Shown here piece after piece: positions 29,891 to 40,815 of a stretch of DNA of 64,000 nucleotides (its first letter is position 1; each line of letters starts with the position of its first letter). The position numbers and the translations under genes were made by a program. Under the pieces are notes generated by a model. That model made no database searches, had not been told where the DNA came from, and saw only the letters and a list, made by a program, of their open reading frames with translations. Source of the stretch: an uncultured Nitrospiraceae bacterium. GTDB lineage: Bacteria; Nitrospirota; Nitrospiria; Nitrospirales; Nitrospiraceae. The stretch lies in NCBI GenBank assembly GCA_963706325.1, contig CAVPLT010000005.1, positions 51,663-115,662 of the forward strand, in the 5' to 3' direction.

Positions 29891-31771
29891 ATGGTTGGAT
29901 CCCTGCGGGTGCAAGCGAGGACCGCCGTGGGCCAAGGCCTGATTTCGGACGACGTCATCAACCAAATCAGAGACCGGGTGGACATCGCGGAGATTGTCGG
30001 CCAGCATGTTGCGTTGACCAGGGTTGGCCAGAATCTTAAAGGGTTGTGTCCGTTCCATCAGGAGAAGTCTCCCTCTTTCACGGTCAGTTCTTCGCGACAG
30101 ATCTTTCACTGTTTTGGGTGTGGAGCCGGTGGCAACGTGTACACGTTTCTCATGAAATTGACGGGGGCCGGCTTCCCTGAAATTGTCCGTGATCTCGGGC
30201 GCAAAGCGGGAGTGGATGTTCCTGAATTGACCGGTGGTTATTCCAATCATGAACGAACGCAGCTCGGACGCTTAGAGCACCTCAATGCCGCGGCCGGGGT
30301 TTGGTACCAGCGGATGTTGAGGGACGAGGCGGGAGGAGCTCATGCCCGGGCCTATCTCGATGGGCGAGGCATCCACCGCGATACGACGGAGCAGTTCCAA
30401 TTGGGGTATGCGCCGCCTGAGTGGGATGGGCTCACCAAAGCCATGTTGAAAGCAGGCTTCGCTTCTGAAGACCTTGTCGCGGCGGGTTTATCCGTTCCGC
30501 GAGATCAGGGTGCGCAGCAGAGAGGCGTCTTGGCCGGACACTACGATCGCTTTCGTTCTCGGTTGATGTTTCCAATACTTGATTTGCGTAAGCGAGTCGT
30601 GGGATTCGGCGGGCGTATTCTTGGGGAGGGGACGCCGAAGTATTTGAATTCACCTGAGACCCCACTTTTCAAAAAAGGACAGACGCTGTTCGCGATGGAT
30701 GCGGCTCGTGAAGCGGCTGGGCAGCATCAGACCTTAATCATTGTCGAAGGGTACTTCGACGCAGTCGCGTTGCATCAAGCCGGTATTCGTCATGTGGCCG
30801 CTACCTTGGGCACGGCCTTGACGTCAGACCACATCACGGTCATCAGAAGGTTTGCCTCCAATGTCGTGCTGCTGTTTGACCCAGACCAGGCTGGAGTGCG
30901 CGCTGCGCTCCGGACGCTCGACTTGTTCGTCAACAGCGGCCTCAGTGTGAAGGTGGTGTCGTTGCCACAGGGAGAAGATCCCGACACGTACATTCGGCAA
31001 CACGGAGCCGAAGGATTTACCGCACTGCATCGTGCAGCGCCCAGCCTGTTAGATTTTGCGGTAGAACACAGCCTACGAACAGCCGAATCTGGAACGATTG
31101 AGGATCGCATTAGGGCGGTGGATGCCGTATTGCGCATTCTTCAGAAAAGCGCGCATCCCATAGAGCGAGAAGAACGAATTCGGCTCGTGGCAGAACGGTT
31201 GGGACTTAGCCAACAACGATTGATTGATCGTTACCCGACTCTCGCGTCGGAAGATCAACGACGGAACCCCGTACGGATTTCAGCCTCGGATTCTACCGCT
31301 CCGACAAAACCAAAGGCCAATCCTGAAGAGCGCGATTTGGCGCATCTCTTGGTGCAAGGGAGTCTGTCTCCTGCAGATCTTCGAGCATTGACGCCGGACG
31401 CATTTTCGACTTTGGCTTACAGCCGGCTCATTGCCTGTGCCCTGCGCCATCTCGGAGAGGATGGGCGGGTTTCCGTACAGCAGCTGCAAAACGACCTCAT
31501 TAATGATCAGGAATGTGGTCCGCTGGTCACGGAATTGTCGATGCTGGAGCAGCACTACGATGATGTCCCGGCGCATATTGCCGGATGTTTGGAAATGCTC
31601 GAACGCAGAGGGCGCGAGCGGTGTTTGGGCGCACTCATTCAAGAACTAAAGGCGGCAGAACGTGAGCGGCGAGAGGATGATGTACATCGCCTGAACAGAC
31701 AGATTAACGATATGCGGATTCGGAAAGCCGGCGTGACGCCGGTTGCGCTGACGTCTGCGGTGAAGGAGTAG
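29891..31771 (+). CDS. dnaG: DNA primase
   Basis: It has the zinc finger [14 protein letters not shown]...HCFGCGAGG and the TOPRIM motif IIVEGYFD. The true start is probably the GTG at about 29927. Confidence 0.9.
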   Translation: MVGSLRVQARTAVGQGLISDDVINQIRDRVDIAEIVGQHVALTRVGQNLKGLCPFHQEKSPSFTVSSSRQIFHCFGCGAGGNVYTFLMKLTGAGFPEIVRDLGRKAGVDVPELTGGYSNHERTQLGRLEHLNAAAGVWYQRMLRDEAGGAHARAYLDGRGIHRDTTEQFQLGYAPPEWDGLTKAMLKAGFASEDLVAAGLSVPRDQGAQQRGVLAGHYDRFRSRLMFPILDLRKRVVGFGGRILGEGTPKYLNSPETPLFKKGQTLFAMDAAREAAGQHQTLIIVEGYFDAVALHQAGIRHVAATLGTALTSDHITVIRRFASNVVLLFDPDQAGVRAALRTLDLFVNSGLSVKVVSLPQGEDPDTYIRQHGAEGFTALHRAAPSLLDFAVEHSLRTAESGTIEDRIRAVDAVLRILQKSAHPIEREERIRLVAERLGLSQQRLIDRYPTLASEDQRRNPVRISASDSTAPTKPKANPEERDLAHLLVQGSLSPADLRALTPDAFSTLAYSRLIACALRHLGEDGRVSVQQLQNDLINDQECGPLVTELSMLEQHYDDVPAHIAGCLEMLERRGRERCLGALIQELKAAERERREDDVHRLNRQINDMRIRKAGVTPVALTSAVKE

Positions 31772-31773
31772 GT

Positions 31774-33582
31774 ATGCCGAAACAAGAATTACTCGGCGAG
31801 GTGAAGAAGCTCATTAATCTCGGAAAAGAGAAAGGCTTCCTTACGTACGACGATTTGAACAGCACGTTGCCGGCGGATGTCGTTTCGTCGGACCAATTCA
31901 GTACGATCATGACGATGTTCGGCGAAATGGATATCGAAATTGTGGAATCGGCCGAAACGGAGCGCACTCCAAAGGCTGCTGCCGATGGGGAAGAAGCGAT
32001 TGAAGAAACCGAAGAAGGGGAGGTTCCGGAGGAGAACGAAAAGGAGATCGATCTCACCCCCGGAGCGCTCAGCCGAACCGACGATCCTGTCAGACTGTAT
32101 CTGAAGGAAATGGGCAGCGTGGCGCTGCTGAGCCGAGAGGGCGAGATTGAGATCGCCAAGCGAATCGAGGAAGGCAAGAAAGATATTGCCACGGTTGTCT
32201 ATGGGTTGCCGATGACGTTGGAGTTCGTCCTGACCCTTCGAGATCAGTTGAAAAATGGCAAGATCGATGTGCGCGAGATCGTGCCGGTGGTTGAAACGGA
32301 AGAAGACTTTGAGGAAGAGGCCGTCGAAAAAGACTACGAAGAATTGAGGGTGAAGACTTTGGACTCATTGAATGCGGTCCGTAAGGTCTCCGCGTCATTG
32401 AAAGATTTGTACGACAAGGCTCGTCAGGCGGGGGCTGACCCCGAGAAGTTGAAACGTTTGCGCAAGCAAATCGATACGGTGCGTGGGCAGGTCGTCGACA
32501 AAATGGAATCGGTCAATTTGCACGGGGTCCTGAAAGACCGGATGACGCAGCGGGTCCGCGACCTGAATCTGCTCTTTCGGCAGGCGGAACGTGAAGTGAC
32601 CAGTTGCCAACGCCGTTTGGGCGTGGGCGGCGAAGCCGGCGCGGAGCTTCTCCGGCGATTGTGCCGAACCCACAAGGATGTCCTGGCTGTTAAGCGCAGG
32701 ACAGGTGTTTCCGAAGAGGTATTGCAAGATATCAAGAAGCACTATCAGGCAGTCAAAGGCCGGATTCGGCAGCTCGAAAACGAAGAAGCGCTGGTTTCAG
32801 CTGAAGAAATCAAAGATGCGGTCAAGCATCTCGACGTCGCTGAAGAAAAGGTCAAGCGGGGCAAGGCCGAACTCGTCGAAGCCAATCTTCGTTTAGTGGT
32901 CAGTATCGCGAAGAAATACACGAACCGCGGGTTGCAGTTCCTGGATTTGATTCAGGAAGGCAATATCGGTCTGATGAAGGCGGTCGACAAATTCGAGTAT
33001 AAGCGTGGGTACAAATTCAGCACCTACGCAACCTGGTGGATCAGGCAGGCTATTACCCGTGCCATTGCGGACCAGGCTCGCACCATCCGCATTCCGGTTC
33101 ATATGATCGAAACGATCAATAAGCTGATCCGTACCTCGCGCCATTTGGTACAGAAATTGGGGCGGGAACCGACTCCGGAAGAAATCGCAGAACGCATGGA
33201 TCTGCCGCTCGACAAAGTTCGAAAGATTCTGAAAATCGCGCGCGAACCGATTTCTCTTGAAACTCCGATCGGTGAGGAAGAAGACAGCCATTTAGGGGAT
33301 TTCATTGAAGACAAAAAGGCAGTATCTCCGTTGGAAGCGGCCATTCGCTATGACTTACAGCGCCAAATCAACGGCGCACTGGAAACGCTTACTCCCAGAG
33401 AGGAAAAGGTTTTGCGTAAACGGTTCGGCATTGGCGAGGCCACCGATCATACGCTCGAGGAGGTGGGACAGGACTTCGAGGTGACACGCGAACGCATCCG
33501 GCAAATTGAGGCTAAAGCGTTGCGGAAACTTCGGCATCCGAGCCGTAGCAAAAAACTGCGCAGTTTTGTCGAGAGTCTCTAG
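31774..33582 (+). CDS. rpoD: RNA polymerase sigma factor RpoD (sigma-70)
   Basis: 602 aa with an acidic region 1, region 2 ([35 protein letters not shown]) and region 4. Confidence 0.95.
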   Translation: MPKQELLGEVKKLINLGKEKGFLTYDDLNSTLPADVVSSDQFSTIMTMFGEMDIEIVESAETERTPKAAADGEEAIEETEEGEVPEENEKEIDLTPGALSRTDDPVRLYLKEMGSVALLSREGEIEIAKRIEEGKKDIATVVYGLPMTLEFVLTLRDQLKNGKIDVREIVPVVETEEDFEEEAVEKDYEELRVKTLDSLNAVRKVSASLKDLYDKARQAGADPEKLKRLRKQIDTVRGQVVDKMESVNLHGVLKDRMTQRVRDLNLLFRQAEREVTSCQRRLGVGGEAGAELLRRLCRTHKDVLAVKRRTGVSEEVLQDIKKHYQAVKGRIRQLENEEALVSAEEIKDAVKHLDVAEEKVKRGKAELVEANLRLVVSIAKKYTNRGLQFLDLIQEGNIGLMKAVDKFEYKRGYKFSTYATWWIRQAITRAIADQARTIRIPVHMIETINKLIRTSRHLVQKLGREPTPEEIAERMDLPLDKVRKILKIAREPISLETPIGEEEDSHLGDFIEDKKAVSPLEAAIRYDLQRQINGALETLTPREEKVLRKRFGIGEATDHTLEEVGQDFEVTRERIRQIEAKALRKLRHPSRSKKLRSFVESL

Positions 33583-33602
33583 GCCTTTCGATCGGGTGCC
33601 GT

Positions 33603-33631
33603 TTGACTCTGCCTGACCGGCAGCCTAAAAT
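33603..33631 (+). promoter_or_regulatory. candidate promoter upstream of tRNA(CAT)
   Basis: TTGACT, a 17-nt spacer, then TAAAAT. It lies about 100 nt upstream of the tRNA. Confidence 0.3.
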
Positions 33632-33734
33632 CAGCCGTCCGAATGGGCATGGAAGAGCCGAGTATGGTATGGTTTGTACGAGTTTCCGTACCGACGGCAG
33701 ACGAAGATAGACACCGGCCATGGCTCGGAGGGCA

Positions 33735-33811
33735 GGGCCCATAGCTCAGGTGGTTAGAGCGGCTGACTCATAATCAGCTGGTCCTAGGTTCAAGTCCTAG
33801 TGGGCCCACCA
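33735..33811 (+). tRNA. tRNA with CAT anticodon (elongator Met, or lysidine-modified Ile2)
   Basis: GGGCCCATAGCTCAGGTGGTTAGAGCGGCTGACTCATAATCAGCTGGTCCTAGGTTCAAGTCCTAGTGGGCCCACCA. The cloverleaf is complete. Its resemblance to ileX-type tRNAs means identity cannot be settled by eye. Confidence 0.85.
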
Positions 33812-33896
33812 GCCTGAGTTCCGTGAGTTCTTCACGAAGTCGCCTGTGCGAGAGGTGTCGTGTGACGATACTGTCGCGCATACCATAAGGAGCCCG

Positions 33897-34670
33897 TTGA
33901 ACCTACAGCTCTCCCCTCTCATAGAATTGCAGAAAATCGATCTCCGGATCGTCGAACTGAAAGAGCAGCGGCGAAAAATACCAGAACGGCTGGAAGTGAA
34001 CGAAGCTCCCCTCCGCGAAGCGAAGAGGGTGTTACAGGAAGCATCCGCTTCTGCCGAAGTACTGATCAAGGAGCGACGCAGCCACGAAAAAGACCTCGAG
34101 GCGCATGAAGACCGCATCGACAAGATGAAAGACCGGGCCGCGCAACTCAAAACCAATCAAGAATATCAAGCGCATCTCTTCGAGGTAGAGTTGGCCAACA
34201 AGAAGAAAGGCGAGATCGAAGAGAAAATCCTGCTGGCGATGGAGCAGATCGAGCAGACCCAGCGGGTCATGGCGGATGCGCAGGCGAAGCTGAAGGACTC
34301 AGAGGCCGTGTTCACGAAGGAGAAGGCGACACTGGACGCGCGAGATCAGGCCCTCTCCGTGGAACTGGCGGACTTGGATGCTCGGCACACAGTGTTGGCG
34401 GGACGCGTGGAGAAGGTACTTCTGGCGCGTTATAATAAGTTAAAGACGACAAGGAAAGATCAAGCCTTGGCACTGTTGAAGGACGGCATTTGTTTGGGCT
34501 GTCGGCTACAACTTCCACCACAACTGGTATCTCAGGTCAAACGGGCGCAAGACGTACATACTTGTCCCTACTGCTACAGAATGCTGTATTGGGAAGGGGA
34601 GCCGGGCACTGAGGTGAAGGGAACCGCCGCCTCAGACCAGGCGAATTTTGAAGTCGGAGAATCAGTTTAG
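33897..34670 (+). CDS. COG1579-type coiled-coil protein with C-terminal C4 zinc ribbon
   Basis: LIELQKIDLRIVELKE..., a long coiled coil, then CLGCRLQLPPQ...HTCPYCYRMLY. I chose the TTG start at 33897, which is preceded by AAGGAG. Confidence 0.75.
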   Translation: MNLQLSPLIELQKIDLRIVELKEQRRKIPERLEVNEAPLREAKRVLQEASASAEVLIKERRSHEKDLEAHEDRIDKMKDRAAQLKTNQEYQAHLFEVELANKKKGEIEEKILLAMEQIEQTQRVMADAQAKLKDSEAVFTKEKATLDARDQALSVELADLDARHTVLAGRVEKVLLARYNKLKTTRKDQALALLKDGICLGCRLQLPPQLVSQVKRAQDVHTCPYCYRMLYWEGEPGTEVKGTAASDQANFEVGESV

Positions 34671-35262
34671 GCCTCGCCCAGCACCTGCTTCGTCGTTCTG
34701 AAGTGCAGCTTCGCGACCGTGCCCAGTCGGTCCTGCCCATACTTTTTGATCACCATCCTCCCTGCAAGCTCCACGGCGGGGAAGCCCCCTTGGGCAATGT
34801 GGTTTTCAGCTCCTGAGAGAGATTGTGTAGGCGTTGAAGGAAATCCGCGCGGGCCAGGATCGAGGCGGCGGCCACGGCTACATCGCAGCCTTCGGTCCTT
34901 GAACTAATGTGATTTGCTTGCCCTTGTCCTGGAGCGCATTCAAGATGAAGCGCTCATCGCCGAATTGATCTGCAATGGCGAGGTCGCTATCGACCTGTTG
35001 AAGCAGGCTTTCAAGTGCTCGCGCATGGCCCAAGTCAACAGCCGATTCAGATTCTTTATTTGCTATACAATGCATTGTGCCGCTGTGGTCCAATGACGAC
35101 GATGCTGTGGGGGACAGAGCCGGCGGATCTCCGGAGCCATTTCTAATATCCGTCCATCCAATATTTTTTGGCTACCCCGTACCCGCAGGAGGGCGAGTTC
35201 CCATTGCCGGATTCATCGATCCCGATACGGCTCGTGAGGTAAAGATTGGGTGGGGCAGACAC
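34667..35262 (-). pseudogene. RNase HIII/HII-type (type 2 RNase H) gene relic with multiple frameshifts
   Basis: Minus-strand fragments lie in different frames. In order they read: GGAG-N9-GTG start, then RIGIDESGNG; LDGRILEMAPEIRRL; HARALESLLQQV..LAIADQFGD...GPKA; DVAVAAASILARADFLQRLHNLSQELKTTLPKGAS; and AVELAGRMVIKKYGQDRLGTVAKLHFRTTKQV*. Together they follow the RNase HIII catalytic-domain pattern (GxDESGKG ... IDQFA ... KAE..AVAAASIIAR ... LPKGAG ... KLHF). Confidence 0.55.
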
Positions 35263-35372
35263 TCGGAGAAGCTCCTAGGTGAAAATGACGGAGTGGCGCG
35301 GTGATCCAGCAGAGCTCGTAAAACGGGTCAATTTTGGGGAGGCAGCGGATGAGGACTCAACCGAATACTGTC

Positions 35373-36236
35373 ATGAAGCGGATGATCAACAGGCCTTCGC
35401 CCGTCTGGATGGCGTTGGGTGTCGTGGCCTTGCTGACTGCGACGGGCTGTCAAACCAATCCGTATACCGGACGTTGGCAACTCATGATGGTACCGATGTC
35501 CCAGGAAGTGCAGATGGGCGTGCAGGCCTACTCTCAAGTGCAGCACGATCCAAAGATGAAGCCGTCGACGGATCCGCGAGAGATCGAGCCGGTGAAGCGG
35601 GTGGCGGCGCGGGTGATCGAGGCGGCAAAAAATTCGAAGTATAGCGACATCGCCAATCAATTCGACTGGGAAGTGACGGTAATCAAGGACGATAAAACGA
35701 TGAACGCCTTTGCCCTGCCGGGCGGGAAGATCGCTGTGTATACCGGCATTTTCCCGGTGGCCAAGACTGAGGCGGGACTGGCCGCTGTGATGGGACACGA
35801 AGTTGTGCATGCTCTGGCGCGCCACGGTGGTGAACGGATGAGCCAAACGACGTTGGCCCAGACAACCCTACAGGTGGTTGGTGTCGCGCTAGGGGTCAGT
35901 GGGGCCAACCCCGTTTTGTCTCAAGCGGGCATGGCCGCGTTGGGAGTTGGAACGCAAGTGGGCGTCTTGCTTCCTTTCAGTCGAAAACATGAATCGGAGG
36001 CCGATTATGTCGGTGTGTTGCTTGCGGCCGAAGCGGGATATGACCCGCGCGAATCCATTCGACTTTGGACTCGCATGGGGGAATTATCCTCTGGGAAGGA
36101 GCCCTCGGAATTCATGTCCACCCACCCCAACCATGAAACTAGGATCAAGCAACTGGAGGAGTGGATGAGGGAAGCCATGCCGATTTATGATTCCAAACCT
36201 CCCGCTCCAAACGGAGAGCTCCCGATTTTGCGGTAG
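35373..36236 (+). CDS. M48-family zinc metallopeptidase, probable lipoprotein
   Basis: The signal sequence ends in LLTATGC. The HEXXH motif is GHEVVHALARH, with a downstream E(SEAD). I chose the ATG at 35373 within the ORF that opens at 35334. Confidence 0.8.
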   Translation: MKRMINRPSPVWMALGVVALLTATGCQTNPYTGRWQLMMVPMSQEVQMGVQAYSQVQHDPKMKPSTDPREIEPVKRVAARVIEAAKNSKYSDIANQFDWEVTVIKDDKTMNAFALPGGKIAVYTGIFPVAKTEAGLAAVMGHEVVHALARHGGERMSQTTLAQTTLQVVGVALGVSGANPVLSQAGMAALGVGTQVGVLLPFSRKHESEADYVGVLLAAEAGYDPRESIRLWTRMGELSSGKEPSEFMSTHPNHETRIKQLEEWMREAMPIYDSKPPAPNGELPILR

Positions 36237-36320
36237 CGCTCACTGAGGTACTAGAATCAGCCCTGCATCTATGCCTGGATGTTCTGTACCGGGCGTAGCA
36301 GCTCTAGCGGTCTGTGTGTC

Positions 36321-36349
36321 TTGAATACTCCCGTCCTCGCTCTTATACT
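36321..36349 (+). promoter_or_regulatory. candidate rnpB promoter
   Basis: TTGAAT (36321-36326), a 17-nt spacer, then TATACT (36344-36349). This places the transcription start about 7 nt downstream, exactly where the P1 stem of RNase P RNA begins. Confidence 0.5.
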
Positions 36350-36355
36350 ATCGCT

Positions 36356-36791
36356 GCGCGCTGGAGGGACACGGGTGATCGCTCGTCGAGTCAGCTCGGC
36401 GGGAGGAAAGTCCGGACTCCAAGGGCAAGGACGCTGGATAACGTCCAGGCGGAGCGACCCGACACCAGCACCACAGAGAACAAACCGCCGATGGCCAGTG
36501 CGATGGGCTTCGGCTCATGGCACCGGCTCAGGTAAGGGTGAAACGGTGGGGTAAGAGCCCACCGCGGTGATGGCGACATCAACGGCACGGTAAGCGTCGT
36601 CCGGAGCAAGACCAAATAGGGGGACGACTGCGGTGCTCGTAAGAGCCCAGCAGAAAGGCCGGCCCGGCCGAGGTCCTCGGGTAGGTTGCTTGAGGCTCGA
36701 GGTAACTCGAGTCCCAGAGAAATGATCACCCTCGCGTGAGCGCAAGTTTCACGCGAGACAGAATCCGGCTTATAGGGTTTCTCCAACGCGC
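36356..36791 (+). ncRNA. rnpB: RNase P RNA, bacterial type A
   Basis: Universal motifs are present: GGAGGAAAGTCCGGACTCC, CAGGTAAGGGTGAAACGGTGGGGTAAGAGCCCACCG, GGTAGGTTGCTTGAGG and ACAGAATCCGGCTTAT. P1 pairs GCGCGCTGGAG with CTCCAACGCGC. P2 pairs GGGTGATC with GATCACCC. Confidence 0.9.
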
Positions 36792-37031
36792 TCTTTTAAT
36801 CGCCTTCCGCAACTCACTGCCTGTTACTTTGCCGGAAATTGCTTCTCGCCCATCGAGGAGGACCACCGGCACTTGATCGCCGTATTGCGCGACGAGACGC
36901 GGATCGCTGTCCACATCCATTTCCACGAGATCGAAAACGAGCTCCTGCCGTACCTGCTCGGCGACGCGATGGACCACGTGGCACAGATGACAATTACGGC
37001 GGGAGACAATGGTTACGCAAAGATGATTCAT
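36726..37031 (-). CDS. glutaredoxin-like / thioredoxin-fold small protein (CxxC)
   Basis: 101 aa: VTIVSRRNCHLCHVVHRV...DVDSDPRLVAQYGDQVPVVLLDG. The last ~22 codons are antisense to the 3' end of rnpB. Confidence 0.6.
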   Translation of the reverse strand: MNHLCVTIVSRRNCHLCHVVHRVAEQVRQELVFDLVEMDVDSDPRLVAQYGDQVPVVLLDGREAISGKVTGSELRKAIKRARWRNPISRILSRVKLALTRG

Positions 37032-37285
37032 GGCTTGTCAGTCGGACGAAACGAGCGGATTTTGCTATACCATACGTTGAGGAGCGAGCACCACCTCGCG
37101 CGATGTGAGGAACGGTGCTCGCTCTCTTGACCCCGCTTAAGACCTGGTGGTACCATCTGCCATCTTACCCATTGTTTTTTCACGTAAGATTGTATCAACC
37201 TGTATCCTGCATATGAGGCAGGAAGAGGATTGTTCTCAATTGAGATATAGAGTCCTTCGCCATGGATTGCGAAGGGGGGGTTGAT

Positions 37286-39064
37286 ATGAAGCTCACCGGG
37301 TCAGAAATCCTGATTGAATGCTTAAAGCGTGAAGGTGTGAAGACGATTTTCGCGCTACCGGGCGGAGTCGTGCTGAAGATCTTCGACATGCTCCATCAAC
37401 AAAAAGATATTGAGGTTGTTCTGACCCGACACGAGCAGGGTGCCGGTCATATGGCTGAAGGTTATGCCAAGGCTACCGGCAAGGCCGGCGTTTGCTTGGT
37501 GACCTCCGGACCTGGAATGACCAACGTGATTACTGCGCTGGCGGATGCGTACATGGATTCGGTGCCATTGGTCTGTTTCAGCGGACAGGTGTCTACGAGC
37601 TTGATCGGCAACGATGCATTTCAGGAAGCCGATAACATAGGCCTCAGCCGCCCCTGCACGAAATATAACTTTCTCGTGAAGGACGTGAACGACCTCGCAA
37701 CGACGATCAAGGAAGCCTTCTATATCGCGACGACCGGACGCCCTGGGCCGGTCCTCGTCGATATTCCCAAAGACGTGTCTATGGCCAAGGGCGAATTTAC
37801 CTATCCCAGTTCAGTGGCTATCCGCGGGTACAATCCGACCTACGAAGGCAACAAGTGGCAGATCAAGCAGGCCGCCGAAGCCATCATGAAGGCCAAGAAG
37901 CCGATTTTATACGTCGGGGGAGGCGTCGTGTTCTCGGGGGCTTCCAAGGAATTGCTTGAATTGGCAGAAATGACGCAAATCCCTGTGGATATGACGTTGA
38001 TGGGGCTCGGCGCGTTCCCCGGCGAACACTCCCAGTCGATGGGTATGATGGGAATGCATGGCACCTACTGCGCCAATATGGCGGTGCACTATGCTGATCT
38101 GGTGATCGCGGTCGGCGCGCGCTTCGATGATCGTGTGACAGGTAAGGTGTCAGAGTTTTGTCCTTACGCCAAAATCATTCACATCGATATCGATCCGACG
38201 TCGATCCGAAAAAACATCCACGTCGATATCCCAATCGTAGGTGACTGCAAGGCGGTCTTGCGAGAATTGATCCAGATACTCAAGGCGACGGCCAATGGGA
38301 ACCAGCGCGACCTTCGCAAGCCTTGGTGGGATCAAATACGCGAATGGCAACAGGCGCACCCGCTTGCCTATCAGCAGGAGCCTGAAGGAGCGATCAAGCC
38401 GCAACATGTTGTCAAACGACTTTATGAGTTGACGAAGGATCGAGATCCGATTGTCTCCACGGACGTCGGGCAGCATCAGATGTGGACGGCCCAGTATTTC
38501 AAGCTTGCCAAGCCGAACCGGTGGCTGACCTCGGGCGGTTTGGGTACAATGGGGTTCGGCTTCCCGGCTGCCATGGGGGCGCAGGCGGCGTTCAGAGACC
38601 GGTTAGTGCTCTGCGTAGCCGGTGACGGCAGTGTGCAAATGAATATGCAGGAAATGGCTACAGCCGTCGTATCGAAACTACCGGTGAAGGTGATTATCCT
38701 GAATAATCGCTTTCACGGCATGGTTCGTCAATGGCAGGACTTGTTCTACGAAGGACGGTATGCGTCCAGCTATCTCGACACCACGCCGGATTTCGTGAAG
38801 TTGGCCGAAGCCTATGGCGCTGTGGGTCTGCGTGCGAGTAAGGTGGCCGATCTTGATGCGGTGTTGAAGGAAGCCATAGCGACCGACAAGCCGGTGGTTG
38901 TGGATGTGCCGACATACCCGTATGAGAATTGCTATCCGATGATTCCCGCTGGCGGCTGCAACCATGAGATGATTCTCGAAGACCCGCCTGAGTTAAAGAA
39001 GAGGATGGCCGGGGTTCCCAGTACCCGTTCTAACGAGGACATAGACACGATTCTTACAGCGTAG
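37286..39064 (+). CDS. ilvB: acetolactate synthase large subunit
   Basis: TPP enzyme with GSEILIECLKREGV, GPGMTNVITALADAY and the GDGS TPP motif (VAGDGSVQMN). The start ATG at 37286 follows a GGGGG-rich Shine-Dalgarno. Confidence 0.95.
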   Translation: MKLTGSEILIECLKREGVKTIFALPGGVVLKIFDMLHQQKDIEVVLTRHEQGAGHMAEGYAKATGKAGVCLVTSGPGMTNVITALADAYMDSVPLVCFSGQVSTSLIGNDAFQEADNIGLSRPCTKYNFLVKDVNDLATTIKEAFYIATTGRPGPVLVDIPKDVSMAKGEFTYPSSVAIRGYNPTYEGNKWQIKQAAEAIMKAKKPILYVGGGVVFSGASKELLELAEMTQIPVDMTLMGLGAFPGEHSQSMGMMGMHGTYCANMAVHYADLVIAVGARFDDRVTGKVSEFCPYAKIIHIDIDPTSIRKNIHVDIPIVGDCKAVLRELIQILKATANGNQRDLRKPWWDQIREWQQAHPLAYQQEPEGAIKPQHVVKRLYELTKDRDPIVSTDVGQHQMWTAQYFKLAKPNRWLTSGGLGTMGFGFPAAMGAQAAFRDRLVLCVAGDGSVQMNMQEMATAVVSKLPVKVIILNNRFHGMVRQWQDLFYEGRYASSYLDTTPDFVKLAEAYGAVGLRASKVADLDAVLKEAIATDKPVVVDVPTYPYENCYPMIPAGGCNHEMILEDPPELKKRMAGVPSTRSNEDIDTILTA

Positions 39065-39165
39065 GGAGAACGCGCTCAAAGCCGATAGCCTGTGGCGGAT
39101 GGAAGATCGGGGGCGAGTTCTTATCGCTTCACGCCAGCTCTCGGCTGATCGCACCTGGTAACTCA

Positions 39166-39684
39166 ATGGAACACATTATTTCAGTGACCGTAGAGAATAA
39201 GTTTGGGGTGTTGTCCCGCGTGGCAGGCCTGTTCAGCGGTCGCGGCTTCAATATCGAAAGCCTCTCGGTGGCGCCGACGCTCGACCCGTCGATGTCCCAG
39301 ATGACGATTGTCACATCGGGCGATGACCGAATCGTGGAACAAATCGTCAAACAGCTGAACAAGCTGATCGACGTCATTAAAGTCGTGGATCTCAACGAGA
39401 GCGAATTCGTCTCTCGGGAGACGGCGCTGATTAAGGTCCATACAAAATCTGAAGACCGTGCGGAAGCCCTTAGGATCGCGGATATTTTTCGAGCCAATGT
39501 CATCGACTCGACGCCCTCGACGTATACCATCGAAGTAACAGGCGATCCGAAGAAGATCGAGGCCATCATCAACTTGCTGCAGCCGCTGGGTATCAAGGAA
39601 CTGATACGAACGGGGCGTGTGGCGATTGCGCGTGAAGCGATCAGGCCGGCCGTCAGCCAACCCAAAAAAGTCGCCAAAGAATAA
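39166..39684 (+). CDS. ilvN: acetolactate synthase small (regulatory, ACT) subunit
   Basis: 172 aa: HIISVTVENKFGVLSRVAGLFSGRGFNIESL. Confidence 0.9.
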   Translation: MEHIISVTVENKFGVLSRVAGLFSGRGFNIESLSVAPTLDPSMSQMTIVTSGDDRIVEQIVKQLNKLIDVIKVVDLNESEFVSRETALIKVHTKSEDRAEALRIADIFRANVIDSTPSTYTIEVTGDPKKIEAIINLLQPLGIKELIRTGRVAIAREAIRPAVSQPKKVAKE

Positions 39685-39748
39685 CGCGCCCATCCTCTGT
39701 GTGTAGCCGTCGTTTCCACCCATGTGCCCTACGAACAGTCAGGAGTGA

Positions 39749-40765
<1,017 letters not shown>

Positions 40766-40815
40766 CACCTCGCGCGGGCGCTTCGTGGTAGCATTTAAAG
40801 AGTGCCTGGAGATCT

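Noticed and set aside
37140-37195. T-box-like GGTGGTACC followed by TTTTTT upstream of ilvB
   Set aside because: Only the 9-mer matches. I could not build a terminator or antiterminator pair, a specifier loop or a stem I in the ~250-nt leader, so this is probably a chance match.
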